Positions 34,310 to 46,089 of a stretch of 64,000 nt of DNA are shown in pieces. The notes under the pieces are model-generated. The model did not search any database and had not been told where the DNA came from. It saw only the letters and a list, made by a program, of their open reading frames with translations. The position numbers and the translations under genes are program-made. Every line of letters begins with the position of its first letter. Positions within the stretch are counted from its first letter, which is position 1. This DNA comes from Oculina patagonica (lineage: Eukaryota), in NCBI RefSeq assembly GCF_052425735.1, contig NC_135767.1, positions 7,998,001 through 8,062,000 on the forward strand, given 5' to 3'.

Positions 34310-35104
34310 ATGGCTTCACCATTGATATATTTGGGACGAGCTGTTTTCTTCATCTTGGTGATTATTCAAGGCGTTTTCTTAGCTTCTTACCCAGCAAAGT
34401 ACGAAAATCAAATTGGCTGGTATGGAATATTAGTCCTCTATCTCCCTGCCCTGATAGTGTGGTCATGTATCTTGCGTAACGAGGGACAACTTCGATGTTT
34501 TTTTCTTGTTTGGGGATTATATACTTGGCTTGCATTAGTTCCCAGCATTGGGGTCATCTTTGGACTTGTCGAAGATAAACTCGAGAAAGAAACGTATTTT
34601 GGTCCAAACGTCTTGGGATTAAGCCTGAGTATTTCTCCACTTATTCTGCTACTGTTGCTTAACATCGCGACTGATTCACTTGAATATTCAGAGCTGATAA
34701 CAAACTTGTCTTTTCGAATGATACTGGACTTATTCGACGGCATTGAAATGCTAGACGTTGTCCTGAAAGAAAGCGAATTCAACCATGGAGTTCCTACGAG
34801 TTTAAAGAAAGCCATGATTGCTGTTGCGTGTAACGTTTTCTTGCTGTCGCCTTTTCAACTTGCAGAGATCAAATTTGAAGGACACGGTAGTTATCAAATC
34901 CGAAGAGTTCCATCAGCCTTACGCACCACCATCAAAATTGTATGTGTCGATAGTGTGTTGCTAGGGCTTCGCATAGATTTGCTATTGAACTTTGGCAAAG
35001 AATCTATCTTTATTGCTAAAAATGGCATCATAATTATTCTTGGATGTTTGGAGTTATTGTCAATGTTCAGACCACGAATTGCAGTGGACCTTGTAAATAA
35101 ATAA
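34310..35104 (+). CDS. TMEM121: CECR6/TMEM121-family membrane protein, copy 6 (264 aa)
   Basis: Intact ORF with YFGPNVL, ILDLFDGIEML and GKESIFIAKN (one codon shorter than paralogs). Closest to copy 5. Confidence 0.85.
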   Translation: MASPLIYLGRAVFFILVIIQGVFLASYPAKYENQIGWYGILVLYLPALIVWSCILRNEGQLRCFFLVWGLYTWLALVPSIGVIFGLVEDKLEKETYFGPNVLGLSLSISPLILLLLLNIATDSLEYSELITNLSFRMILDLFDGIEMLDVVLKESEFNHGVPTSLKKAMIAVACNVFLLSPFQLAEIKFEGHGSYQIRRVPSALRTTIKIVCVDSVLLGLRIDLLLNFGKESIFIAKNGIIIILGCLELLSMFRPRIAVDLVNK

Positions 35105-37171
35105 ATATTGCATTTGCGTGTTCTACTGATCCCTAAGATCTCTCAAAACATCAAGAGCGCCCATTAACCACGAGTTGCACTCGAGGTCGTGCGGCTTCCT
35201 TTACAAATACTTCAATTAACGAGTCTTCACTGTCAGTTGACCATGCAGTATCTATTTACAGAAGCGATCGACTAATACTTTGAAATAATATTAAAAAAAC
35301 AGTGATTATTGATATTTGGAACTACGATCTTTAGGTGTTATGCATTATCACTTGAATCCCTTATTTTTTTAAAGGTGGACAAAGCCCTTTCAAGACACAT
35401 TCGTTATTAAGGTGTTTCAAGCTCACTAGCTTGTACAAAACAGGACTGAATAAATCTGTGGCACTTTCCGCCATTTCGCTTTTTGCTTAGATAGTTTGGT
35501 CCGTAAAACTGAATGGCTCTTTATTTCATAATATCACAATTGTTCGAATTTAGGCCATAATTTTGCAATGGATTTGGTTGAAGCAGACGGCATTCGGTCG
35601 CTAATGTCCGGGCCGGAAAAAACGCATGCAGAAATCGTTCAGTTTCTTGTCACTGACAGGCACGTTTTGTAATTTGCCCAATTCCCTGATTGACTTGTTG
35701 AAAGTAAATACCGGCCGCGAGGAAAGTGATTGTTTCTTAAAAAGAAACGAAATGTCGGAAAGTGCACCGGTCGGATTTGAACTAATCTGAAAATTCTATA
35801 AATAAAAATCTTTCGAACTTCTCGTAAACGTCGTGATTTTTGAATACTCGTGATGATGCCTAGGGGATGATTGTGCAATTAGTACTTTCAAAAAATCACG
35901 AGAATAACTCATTAACCACGAATTGACCTCAAGGTCATGTGATTTGCTTGCTATTAAAATAGTTCTGTCCATCCTAGATGATTTTTGCTCAAAAAAATTC
36001 AAAAGACCGTGAAGTCGGCTTCAGTCCACAGCACACTCGTTAAAAAGATGGGGTTTTATTTGTTAATTATCAACTTTTCATTTGTTCTTTGAGCAAATTT
36101 GTTCTTTGCGCAAATTAGTTATCACTCGTTGAAAATAAGTTAATATTATGTACTCTTTATTGCTACTTCGGATCAGTTTAGCAAATGGCAAATGTTGGCT
36201 CTTGTTAACGCTTCGAATGAAGTTGCTAATTATTGATACACGTAATACTTCAATTAAAAAAAAAATCAGTTTACCGAAAACAAGACTACTGTCTATTTCC
36301 AAAAGCGATGGACTAATACTTTTAAAGCTCTTCAAATGTTGAATGTTCGTTGTCGAAACTTCATACTAAAGAGCTTACTTAAAACACCAGCAGAAATGTC
36401 CGTTAATCTTGTGTCCTAAGTATCATGACATTTTAACTGTTATGCTCAAAAGCTCCAAACAGTGAATATGTAGATTTCAGAGGCATTCTTTGAATTTCTG
36501 CACAATCGATTTAAAAAAAACCCGATCCTTATCAGAAGACCACAGAAAAAAAAAAACACAAAGATGGCTTTAAACTCACTGCATGAAATGGCCTACAGAA
36601 AGTGTAGCCAAGACTACGTAGCATTTCCAGGAACGCACCACGATGTTGAATTCACCATTTATTTTTCCATATAATAATACGGAGTACAAGTGTGTAAACA
36701 CACACAATATCCAAACAACTGATAACAACAGATGCTAACTGATGAAACTGATGTAACTGATCAAACTGATGAAACTGATGAAAACTGATGATTCAAAATA
36801 TGTGTGGCAATGAGGAAACACAGGAATAACGATTCCAAACGAAACACAAATCCAAAAGGCTTATCTTGACTACACGCGGAAGAACTAATGCATGCAAAAT
36901 CCTACAAAAAATATTTAAATACCACCCAAAGGTTACATAATCCCCAATGGGATTACGTAATAAATTTCTAGGCGCTACATTTCCGGCCCCTGAACTTATA
37001 ATTAAGTTCACTTAAGTAATTATCAATACGCGACTAGACTACTATAAAAAGAAGTCAATACAACACGTCCTTAAATAAGGCTATTAGTGTTCAAAGTTCA
37101 AATATGACGCACTTAAGCAGTTCATATATAACTCCATTTAATTCAATTGGTCTTCCAACTTGTTCACAGTT

Positions 37172-37946
37172 TTATGTTGAAGGTACTTTCTCCTGTTCGA
37201 GGAAACACAGCTTGCTTATCGGCCTCGTCAGGGTAGAGGATTTGGTCGTCACTTTGGCTGATCTTATCAGTCCGTCTCTTCCTGGATGGACTTCTACAAT
37301 ACGCCCCAAAGGCCACTGGCAACGATGAACTCTCTCGTCGGCAACAAGTACTAGGTCCCCCACAGCAAGGTTACGACTCGGTTTTCTCCACTTCTGACGT
37401 TCTTGTAAAGTCGGCAGATATTCTGACAGCCATCTCTTCCAAAAAACATCCGCAAGGTACTGAATTTGTCTCCAACGACGCTGACAATACAAATCATCTT
37501 TCACAAAAACGCCTGGCGACACATTATATTGGATCGGAGAAGCAACAAGTGGTTGGGGGTCAAAGGTTCCAAATCAAGTGGACTACACTGACTGGAGTCA
37601 ACGGACGACTGTTCAATATTCCTTGGACTTCAGCTAGTAGGGTTCGCAAAGCTTCTCCGGAAACCAATTGTTCCCTCAATAGAACTCTCAGAATCTTTCT
37701 CACCGAACGGATTACCCGTTCCCAGACTCCTCCCATATGTGAAGCTCCAGGAGGATTGAACTTCCACTCGATTTCTTCTGGTGTAGAAAACTTCAATCTT
37801 CTGCTGATTCCAGTTTCAATTGTTTCGCGCAGCTCTCTTTCACCGCCACTCAAGTTTCCATTCCTTCTATCACCTTCGGCTTCCCTCTCAGGTTGATAAA
37901 TCTGCGAAGTGCATTTATAAATGAATCTTTTCAAGAGACCGGCCAC
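37172..37946 (-). pseudogene. BEL/Pao integrase core and C-terminal fragments (frameshifted)
   Basis: ORFs 37172-37522 and 37560-37946 carry typical Pao integrase motifs in different frames. Confidence 0.85.
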
Positions 37947-40222
37947 TCAAGTGGGTAGCCGCATAGTTAAAAGAGAAAAGGCATCCGTAATCTTGACTGT
38001 ACTGCGGCCTCGCTTTACGTACAAGGAAAAGAAGTCGACACCAACGTACGAAAATGGTGGTTCCCCAGGAATAATCGATCATCGGGTAAATCTCCATCAT
38101 TTGCGACCTCGAAGAGCGTCTGCTTCGACACGTTAAACAGCTCCAAGCACTTACGAACAGCGTCCTCTGACAATCCAAAACTTCTGTCTCAAACATGTCA
38201 CACGTATTCTGACTAGATGGCCCACGGATAACACACGATTCAGCTTGTAACTATGTTTAGGTAACAGCAACGGGCTTCACTGATAATCCAACGTTGAATT
38301 CTCAAGTCTCCACCAACTCTTAGGCACCTCTGTCCAACATGTTTAATTAAATGGAACCAGATCCGATGTCTTTCAATCTTTTTCTCAGGCTCTTCAGACT
38401 AACACGTTGGAGGGCCTATCACCGGTAAGAAGGACGACCCTGCACAACTTTATGATTGATCCCAGCAGATCGCAACTCTGAGAGTAAAGGTAAATTGAAA
38501 GCCACGTTTGCCAACGTGAGATTCTTCGTCGCTAATTTCTTCATCCCAACCGAGCTTTGCTTACAAAGATTGTATAGCTTCTGTAAGACGATGGAGATAC
38601 CATCCAAGTGGGTCGTAAGAGGAACCCAAAGTATTCATATCCAGTGATACCAAGTAAGGAAGTGCATCAGCACAAATTAAGTCCACAAGCAACGAGGTCA
38701 ATGGAAGTTCTAGCACCTCCTTCTTATTCACGACAACCCCCCTAGGCCCCTTGCGAGTTACACAAGGGGACATACCGGGGGGCATACCATGCAGGTGAAC
38801 GCCAAGAACCCAAGGAAACGGGGGAGGGATTGGGCGGCTGAACACCTAATTGCTAGTGGAGAGGATAGTGAGCTTGCCTAAAGAACTAAAGACCAACGCC
38901 CGCAGAGAAGGGTGGGGAGTCCAGAGCGCCAAAGCGTCCAGTCCGCCACCATACAAGTGAACCAGTTTTCCAAAAGTTCATTCTCATCTCTTCCCCAAGC
39001 ACCAACTAATTGACCTACGATCCAGCACGACGGCACGGCCCTTACCACCTCGTCCCAGAAGGCGCCAGAGACTCCTCGTCAATGCATTATGAGATGTGTA
39101 CACCGCATACCACGCCCAGAGATGCCCACCTAGAGAATACCACACAAGTAACGGAAAGAGAAGCGCCGTTTCCACCACTTGTCCCGGCTGGTTCCACGCA
39201 CTCACAGGAAGATCGCAAGCGTACTTTTCCTCCCGTTTAATAATGATTTGGTTTACGAACACCGGCCCCAATTAGTGATAAGTGATCTCATTGCCACTTC
39301 CCCGAGGATGGCTCTGGAGTGCTATTTCGTGTGTTTCACGAGTTTCCATCAGCACGTTTGATCCGGTGGGTGGATAATAGTCATTTTTTCTATTACAGCC
39401 CTCAACGTAACAGCTACTCTTCTGGATCATCCTTAGCCAAGTGTCCGTTTGAAGCATTTCACAGAGTTTAGCATCTCGATTATCCATTCGATCCTCATAA
39501 GACTTTTTGAATTTTCACATTCCAGAGCTTATTATTCCATCACACACCAGGCATTTAACGAAGACATCCTGCGTCTCGAATAGGTTGACGATTCTCACTC
39601 ACTCCATTTGGTACAGGGGAACTAGATTTTCAAAGTCTCCATAGCTGCATGAGTTGTGCCCATTGTATAGGAGGACTTTGGCCTATCCTTCTTGCCTGTG
39701 TCCTTGTCACTGTTGAGCGCACCAAAGACCGATGGCAGCTCGATAAGAGAGAAAATTGGACGCCAACTTGAATGCTGTCAGCAACCAACCACATTCAGAG
39801 AAGGAGAGAGCTTCTAGATTACGGCACTGTTTCACAATACCGAAGATAACAATTTTGCCTTCTGATCAGCCAGCAAACCTTCTGATATTGGGCTTGAAGG
39901 TGGACCACGGGTTACTTGTTCAAGTGAGCGATCTAAAATGGCCAAAACGGTCCTTTAGTTTTCGAGCTCTGGTACCAAGCGAGGATCAAGTTCACACTTA
40001 ATGCGTCCTAGCAGCAGATTTGAAAAATTTCACCCACAGAATTTCAATGTTTTTCACGACAGCAGCTAGTAGTAAAAGAAGAAATTTGGAGAGAAGGAAA
40101 AGGAGACAGGGGCGGCTGGAAGAAGACAGCATGTCTTCCACAATCAAAGTTTTGTCTTGGAGGGCACTCGGAGCTTGTTCACCTGAATTCGAACACCTTT
40201 TCCGTCATCTTCAGCTCTTAGC

Positions 40223-40900
40223 CTAGCGAGCCTTCGATGTCATTCTCCGCGTCCAAAGCTTTCGAAGAAGGGCATCGCATTTTCCCTGCAATCGACGCTT
40301 GAGCTGCTTTAACCTTAACTCGGCGACCGCTTTCTCGGCTTTAGCTTCTTTAATTTTTACACTTATGCGGGAACTTGTTCTTGAGCCAGAACGACGACTG
40401 CTTTTCGAAGAAGAAGAGGAGCCCTGCTGACTAACGGAATCGTTTGGATGGACATCGTAAGCCACAACTTGTGCATTGAGCTGATCGCCTTCCATCCACG
40501 CTTTAACTCGCCGCTGGAATTCGAACTTCTCACGAAATCGATTTTCGTATTCCAAAGTCGCTTTCTCAATCTCTCGACGATCTTCGAGGACTTGCATATA
40601 CGCGATATGCGCGCGTTCGTAATTAGCAAATGCTGCATGAACAACCTTGAGCTTATTGTTAACAAGTTCCATGTTCGCCTTGTCCGACATCAAAACTTCT
40701 GTTTCATCGTAAAGTTTAGTTAGATATCCCTGATATCCAGCACGAGATCGTTTTAAACCTTTCTTGGTTTTCGCGGGAAGGACATTAACGCTGCCACCAC
40801 GAGCGCCATAGTCGGAACCATCGATAGGCATTGCCGCATCAATGCTATCAACCTCTACACCATCGTCGATATCGGGAAAGAAATCACCAGATTCCGCCAT
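40223..40900 (-). pseudogene. BEL/Pao Gag N-terminal fragment
   Basis: MAESGDFF...LKRSRAGYQGYLTK..., HPNDSVSQ followed by a Ser-rich run and coiled coil; truncated by frameshift. Confidence 0.7.
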
Positions 40901-43097
40901 AATAATCCAAAACAACGCAAGAAGATTTGAATGAAATGTAGCCAAGACTACGTAGCATTTCCAGGAACGCACCACGATTTGAATTCACCATTTATTTTTC
41001 CATATAATAATACGGAGTACAAGTGTGTAAACACACACAATATCCAAACAACTGATAACAACAGATGCTAACTGATGAAACTGATGTAACTGATCAAACT
41101 GATGAAACTGATGAAAACTGATGATTCAAAATCTGTGTGGCAATGAGGAAACACAGGAATAACGATTCCAAACGAAACACAAATCCAAAAGGCTTATCTT
41201 GACTACACGCGGAAGAACTAATGCATGCAAAATCCTACAAAAAATATTTAAATACCACCCAAAGGTTACATAATCCCCAATGGGATTACGTAATAAATTT
41301 CTAGGCGCTACAGAAAGGATGCAGGGCAAGGTCTATTATCCTCGCTATTAACTGCTTACTTTCTATTCCTTCTTCGGATTAATTCAGCAAGTGGCTAAGG
41401 TAGGTTCTTGTTATGTTTCGAATGAGGTCGCTTATTACGTAACATTGCGAAGACTGTCCTTTTTTCATAATTTTAATTTTATTTTTATTTTTAGATCGAG
41501 GGCCATAAGTTTAACAGCAATTTTATTTATATTGCTTTCATACGTTACTCTCAATAAATAAAACCGCTACCACAACTTTTACTTGAAGTTGCAATTCAGT
41601 AGAACTTTCAAAACATCACGAATATAACCTGAACTTGAGGTCATGTGACTTGCTTTAAAAGTACTTCGATTAACGACCTTCACTGAGCTGGAAAACAAAC
41701 GTACTGCCTAATTACAGAAGTTATTGACTAATACTTCAAATATTGAAAACATAATCATCATTAGCTCTCATATGTATGTACAGTCTGTACACTCCTCTCT
41801 CGTCTTCGAATACGCAATTCAATGAAGGCCATGATCAAAGGACCTTCGAGAACATTTCTGATTAGTGGGTACTCGTGACGTTTTGCAAATTCTCACTTTA
41901 AACTTGCCTGAAGGCTCGTGCAATTTTGTACTTATTAATTACCGTATTCACTCAAATAAGCGCACACGGTCTACTAAGCACCCTCCCTCGCATAAACATT
42001 GATCACGAACGGCACTCGAAGTCGTACGGCTTTCTCAACAAATTGTTTGGCTAACCAATCTTCACCTAAGCAGGTAACAAGGCCACTGTGTATTACAGGA
42101 GCGATCAACTAATACCTTTTATGGATATTTGAAAATAGGATGTTTGCGTGTTACACAACATCAGCTTTAACCCTCCCCACCTCTGTCTCCGATGGTTAAA
42201 AATATCGTGTAAACAACAGACAATTAACACGTGCAATCAAGTCATGCAATTCATTCAAAGCATTGTCTAAGGATTCCGAATGCTGAAGATTTCATTTGCA
42301 ATGTTCAATTTTCCAACACTGATATGGTTTAACCTAGCATGCATCGAACTAAGTGGTCGAATCCTGGCAAAAGAAAACACTTTTCATTACGACGTTCTAC
42401 TTTTGGCTTTTGTAGCAGGCGTTTCCGATCGGTGTGGACTAGTTTAGAGGATGTTTTTAAATCTGTTCATTTTCATCCATACTAAATAAGAAAATGATTA
42501 TTAGCGTGAAATTCCAGACATGTGACCGTGATGTGGCATGTTTGTTGCATAAAGCTAATTTTTAGCTTACTACACCAACTGAAATTTTACGGTTTTTTTG
42601 TTCGTTGATCGTGACAGTTTAATTAATATATATATACCTAATAGCTCGAAACAGTAAATATTTCACACATTTTTGCACTATTTACGCTATCATTAAAAAA
42701 ATATCAACATATAGCGGTTTGACAAACTCTGGCAGAAAGGGTACAGATCAAATTCTTTTTTCTTTTCTGTTAATTTTCGTGATAAATTAACAGTTCGTGA
42801 TAAATCGGTACGCGTGATGTTTAGAAATAGCCTAATTTGCACGAGCCTTAAGGCAAGTGCAATTTTTAGAACTATCAAAACATCACGAGTACCTCTGAGT
42901 AACCACGAATTGAACTGAGGGTCATGCGGCCTCCTTTTATAACTGCTCTTAGCAACAAGAAGTCCAGAAGGCGATGACAGAGGTTGGCCTTTTTTCCACA
43001 ATAAATGAACAAAGTTGTAAGTTTCAAAAGAAACTTGTGCTGCGTTGGCGGACAAGTTAACACTTGGTTGATTACCAACTAGAAGTTGATAAAGATA

Positions 43098-43945
43098 CAG
43101 TGGAACCCCGTTAATACGGACACCAAGGGGACAGGCCAAATTGTCCGTATTAACGGGGTGTCCGTATTAAGCGGGGTCTCAGAAAAAAGTCACGGATGCA
43201 TGTTTTATCGACACAAAGACGAAGGCAAACGTGTTTACGGCCATAAAACGTTGTTTAATTGTACTGTTATTGTAGCAAATGCAAACTGTGAACTCTCTGA
43301 CGAAAATTAATACTGTAGTTTTTACGAAAACCTTACGATCTAGTCCGCAGACACTCGAACTAAACTTCAATAAACTCATCTGTGGAATTATTTGAAAATG
43401 TCCCAACTTTACTATATACAAGAAATAAAACGCATTTCAACAGGAACAGAACGTTTTCTTTGAAGTTTCCTTTTTTACTGAAACTCTTATCATAACCATT
43501 CTTAAACTCTACAAACTCATTTTTATTTGAAAAAGTCGGTAACTTAACTTTGCACTAAAGCTTTTAGCTTGCGACACAACCAGGCGGACTGAAGATTCGA
43601 CAAAACCTTTGCAAGTCACGCAATTAAGTTACTCTTTGTAGTAAAATCGTTTTAACTCGTCGAATTCTGCCGGTTATTATTTGACCAGGGTGAAGCTAGC
43701 AAATAATCGTGACAATGAAAATTGACAGTGCACAGATAAACAGTGTCCGTAAAGCGAGGTTGACAATGTATGACAGTTTGTCACTCCGGACACGGAAAAG
43801 TGTCCGTTGTCCGTATTAACGAGTGTCCGTATTAAGCGGGTTAATTTAAGAGAAAATGTAAGAGGTTTTCGTCGGGACCAACGAAATTGTCCGTAATACC
43901 GGGGTGTCCGTATTAAGCGGGTGTCCGTAAAGCGGGGTTCCACTG
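43098..43945. mobile_element. pogo/Tigger-type MITE
   Basis: TA|CAGTGGAACCCCG...CGGGGTTCCACTG|TA with repeated TGTCCGTATTAA subterminal motifs. Confidence 0.85.
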
Positions 43946-45387
43946 TATAAAAAAAAAACACCTTCATCAACTTCCAGTTGATAATGAACTAACTTTTTCC
44001 ACAATGCACTGGTTAAAAGGAAGTCTAATTTGTTTATATTCGTAACTATGCAAAGTTAGAGAGCGATTATTTACCTGAAGCTACTTAGTTAAATGTGGTA
44101 TGTTTGTTTTTATTCTTAGCTGTTCAGCCCGCCCGTCTTTTGTCGAAAATATAAATACAGTTTAATTGCCTAAAACATGCCAACTAAGAGCTGCAGACCG
44201 TAAATTAGATTTGCATTGAACTATATAAATTATTTAACAATATAGCGATTAAAAACCATCGGTCGGCATATAGCGAACCACAATTAAACTGGATCGGTTT
44301 TGACGCAGTGGCAAAAATGTTTTGTAGAAAGACTACAAGTCGAGCAAGCGGCCAAGGTAGGTTTTCGTCAATATATTTCAAATGAAGTTGCAAATTACGT
44401 AGCATTGTTAACGAGTCAGTTGAGTTCTTTAGTCGTTTGGATACCGTTTCGCCAGGTCTAGGAGTTGTCAAGTGTATGATAAAAAAACCTCTCAAACTTG
44501 ATTGTTTTAAGCACTTTATCAACTGTGGTTTTAACTGACAAGAAGAGCTATCAGTGCATTTCGTTTAGTAGCGATTGGTGGAGTAACCTAGCTGCAAAAA
44601 GACGTGTTAGTGGTTCAAATAAGTAAGGTTGACATTCATCCTGGCTTTATTAGTAAAAGAAATTTCAAGTGTATCATGAAAACTCTTAAAAGGCTTCAAT
44701 TTCCGCACAGAGCTAAAAGATATCGCAGGCAGCTTAACAGCTCGCATAAAATCTGGCTAGAGGTGGTTGCGGATAAATTGGTCTTGTTTCTTGCAGCTTT
44801 TCCATGAATATGTCAGTATAAGGTATATTCCAACTAATTAAAAATAATGGCAAAAAGCCGCTTTCAGGCAAAATGGATATCGGTATGTCTCTTCAAAATC
44901 TGCAGTGGTCTACCGAAAGGAATTTGCGGCATTTCCTAGCACACCTCACTCAAAATCATTTCAATTTTCTAGCACACGAAACCTAGAGAGTAGTTACTTG
45001 TATTGATCAAACACTGCCTGCCTGGAACTAACTTGTCCCAAGCTGGCAAAGTGAAAATCCCTGTTGATATGTTTCACTTTTGGGACTTGGCGTAGCTCTC
45101 GAACTATGTTCATGTTCATGTTCATTCTAGACGTTTTTTAGTCCGTGTATCCATTTACATTTATTTGTTCTCTGCACATAACAAGTCGTTCATTTTGTAA
45201 GGCACGTTTAGTAAGGGCATTTGAAGCTTGCTGAGTTACGCAAATCAAGTTTTAATCAAGGAAATATATTACTCGCCGTGAATGATTTTGTTGAAAATAC
45301 TACAAATAAGAATTAAATGGCACAAAAGTCTTGTAAAATTCGCGAGTACTCGTGATGGTTAGTGAGTTCAAATTCGTACAAGCCTAA

Positions 45388-45587
45388 AGTAGTGAAGAAA
45401 TTATTCAACATGACACGAGCGTGGGACAAAGAAAAAAATCTGAGTCCCCGACGGGAATCGAACCCATGGCCTCCCAGATACCGGTTGGGCGCTCTAACCA
45501 ACTGAGCTACGAGAGACTCGTTGTGAGCTTGGCCATTTACTAGGTTGATATATGACACGCGTCCTGCATACTGCTAGGATCAGCAAC
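45388..45587 (-). mobile_element. tRNA-derived SINE-like repeat (pseudo-tRNA)
   Basis: Minus strand TAGCTCAGTTGGTTAGAGC...GGGTTCGATTCCC with A and B boxes but imperfect acceptor and anticodon stems, followed by a T run. Absent from the paralogous site near 46648. Confidence 0.7.
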
Positions 45588-46089
45588 CACGAAAGCACTG
45601 GACGACATGTGGGCGTCTCTACTAACACGTCAATTAAGTAACTCTTTACCAAACTAGAAAACAAGAGTACTGGCTTTTAATGCGGCATGTTTATTTGTCT
45701 AAGATTTATTTTTGCTTTACTACACCAATAAGACACGCGTCCTGCATACTGCTAGGATCAGCAACCACGAAAGCACTGGACGACATGTGGGCGTCTCTAC
45801 TAACACGTCAATTAAGTAACTCTTTACCAAACTAGAAAACAAGAGTACTGGCTTTTAATGCGGCATGTTTATTTGTCTAAGATTTATTTTTGCTTTACTA
45901 CACCAATAAGACACGCGTCCTGCATACTGCTAGGATCAGCAACCACGAAAGCACTGGACGACATGTGGGCGTCTCTACTAACACGTCAATTAAGTAACTC
46001 TTTACCGAACTAGAAAACAAGAGTACTGGCTTTTAATGCGGCATGTTTATTTGTCTAAGATTTATTTTTGCTTTACTACACCAATAAGA
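45554..46089. repeat. Tandem repeat, 3 x 178 bp, nearly identical
   Basis: Units start at 45554, 45732 and 45910 (GACACGCGTCCTGCATACTGC...CACCAATAA). Confidence 0.95.

Larger units (their letters stand above)
36603..41312 (-). mobile_element. BEL/Pao LTR retrotransposon with degenerate interior
   Basis: LTRs 36603-36979 and 40937-41312 (TG...CA), 5-bp TSD GAAAG, PPT AGGGGCCGGAAA. Integrase remnants [29 protein letters not shown] and [19 protein letters not shown]...[19 protein letters not shown]. Gag-like N-terminus at 40223-40900. Confidence 0.92.

Noticed and set aside
36735-36792. CTGATGA repeats in the LTR as hammerhead cores or snoRNA boxes
   Set aside because: A simple 9-bp tandem repeat with no stem II or GAAA partner.
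45447-45519. Functional tRNA gene (GGT anticodon)
   Set aside because: Acceptor and anticodon stems are mispaired, the loop lacks U33, and it sits in an insertion absent from the paralogous site; better explained as a SINE-like head.
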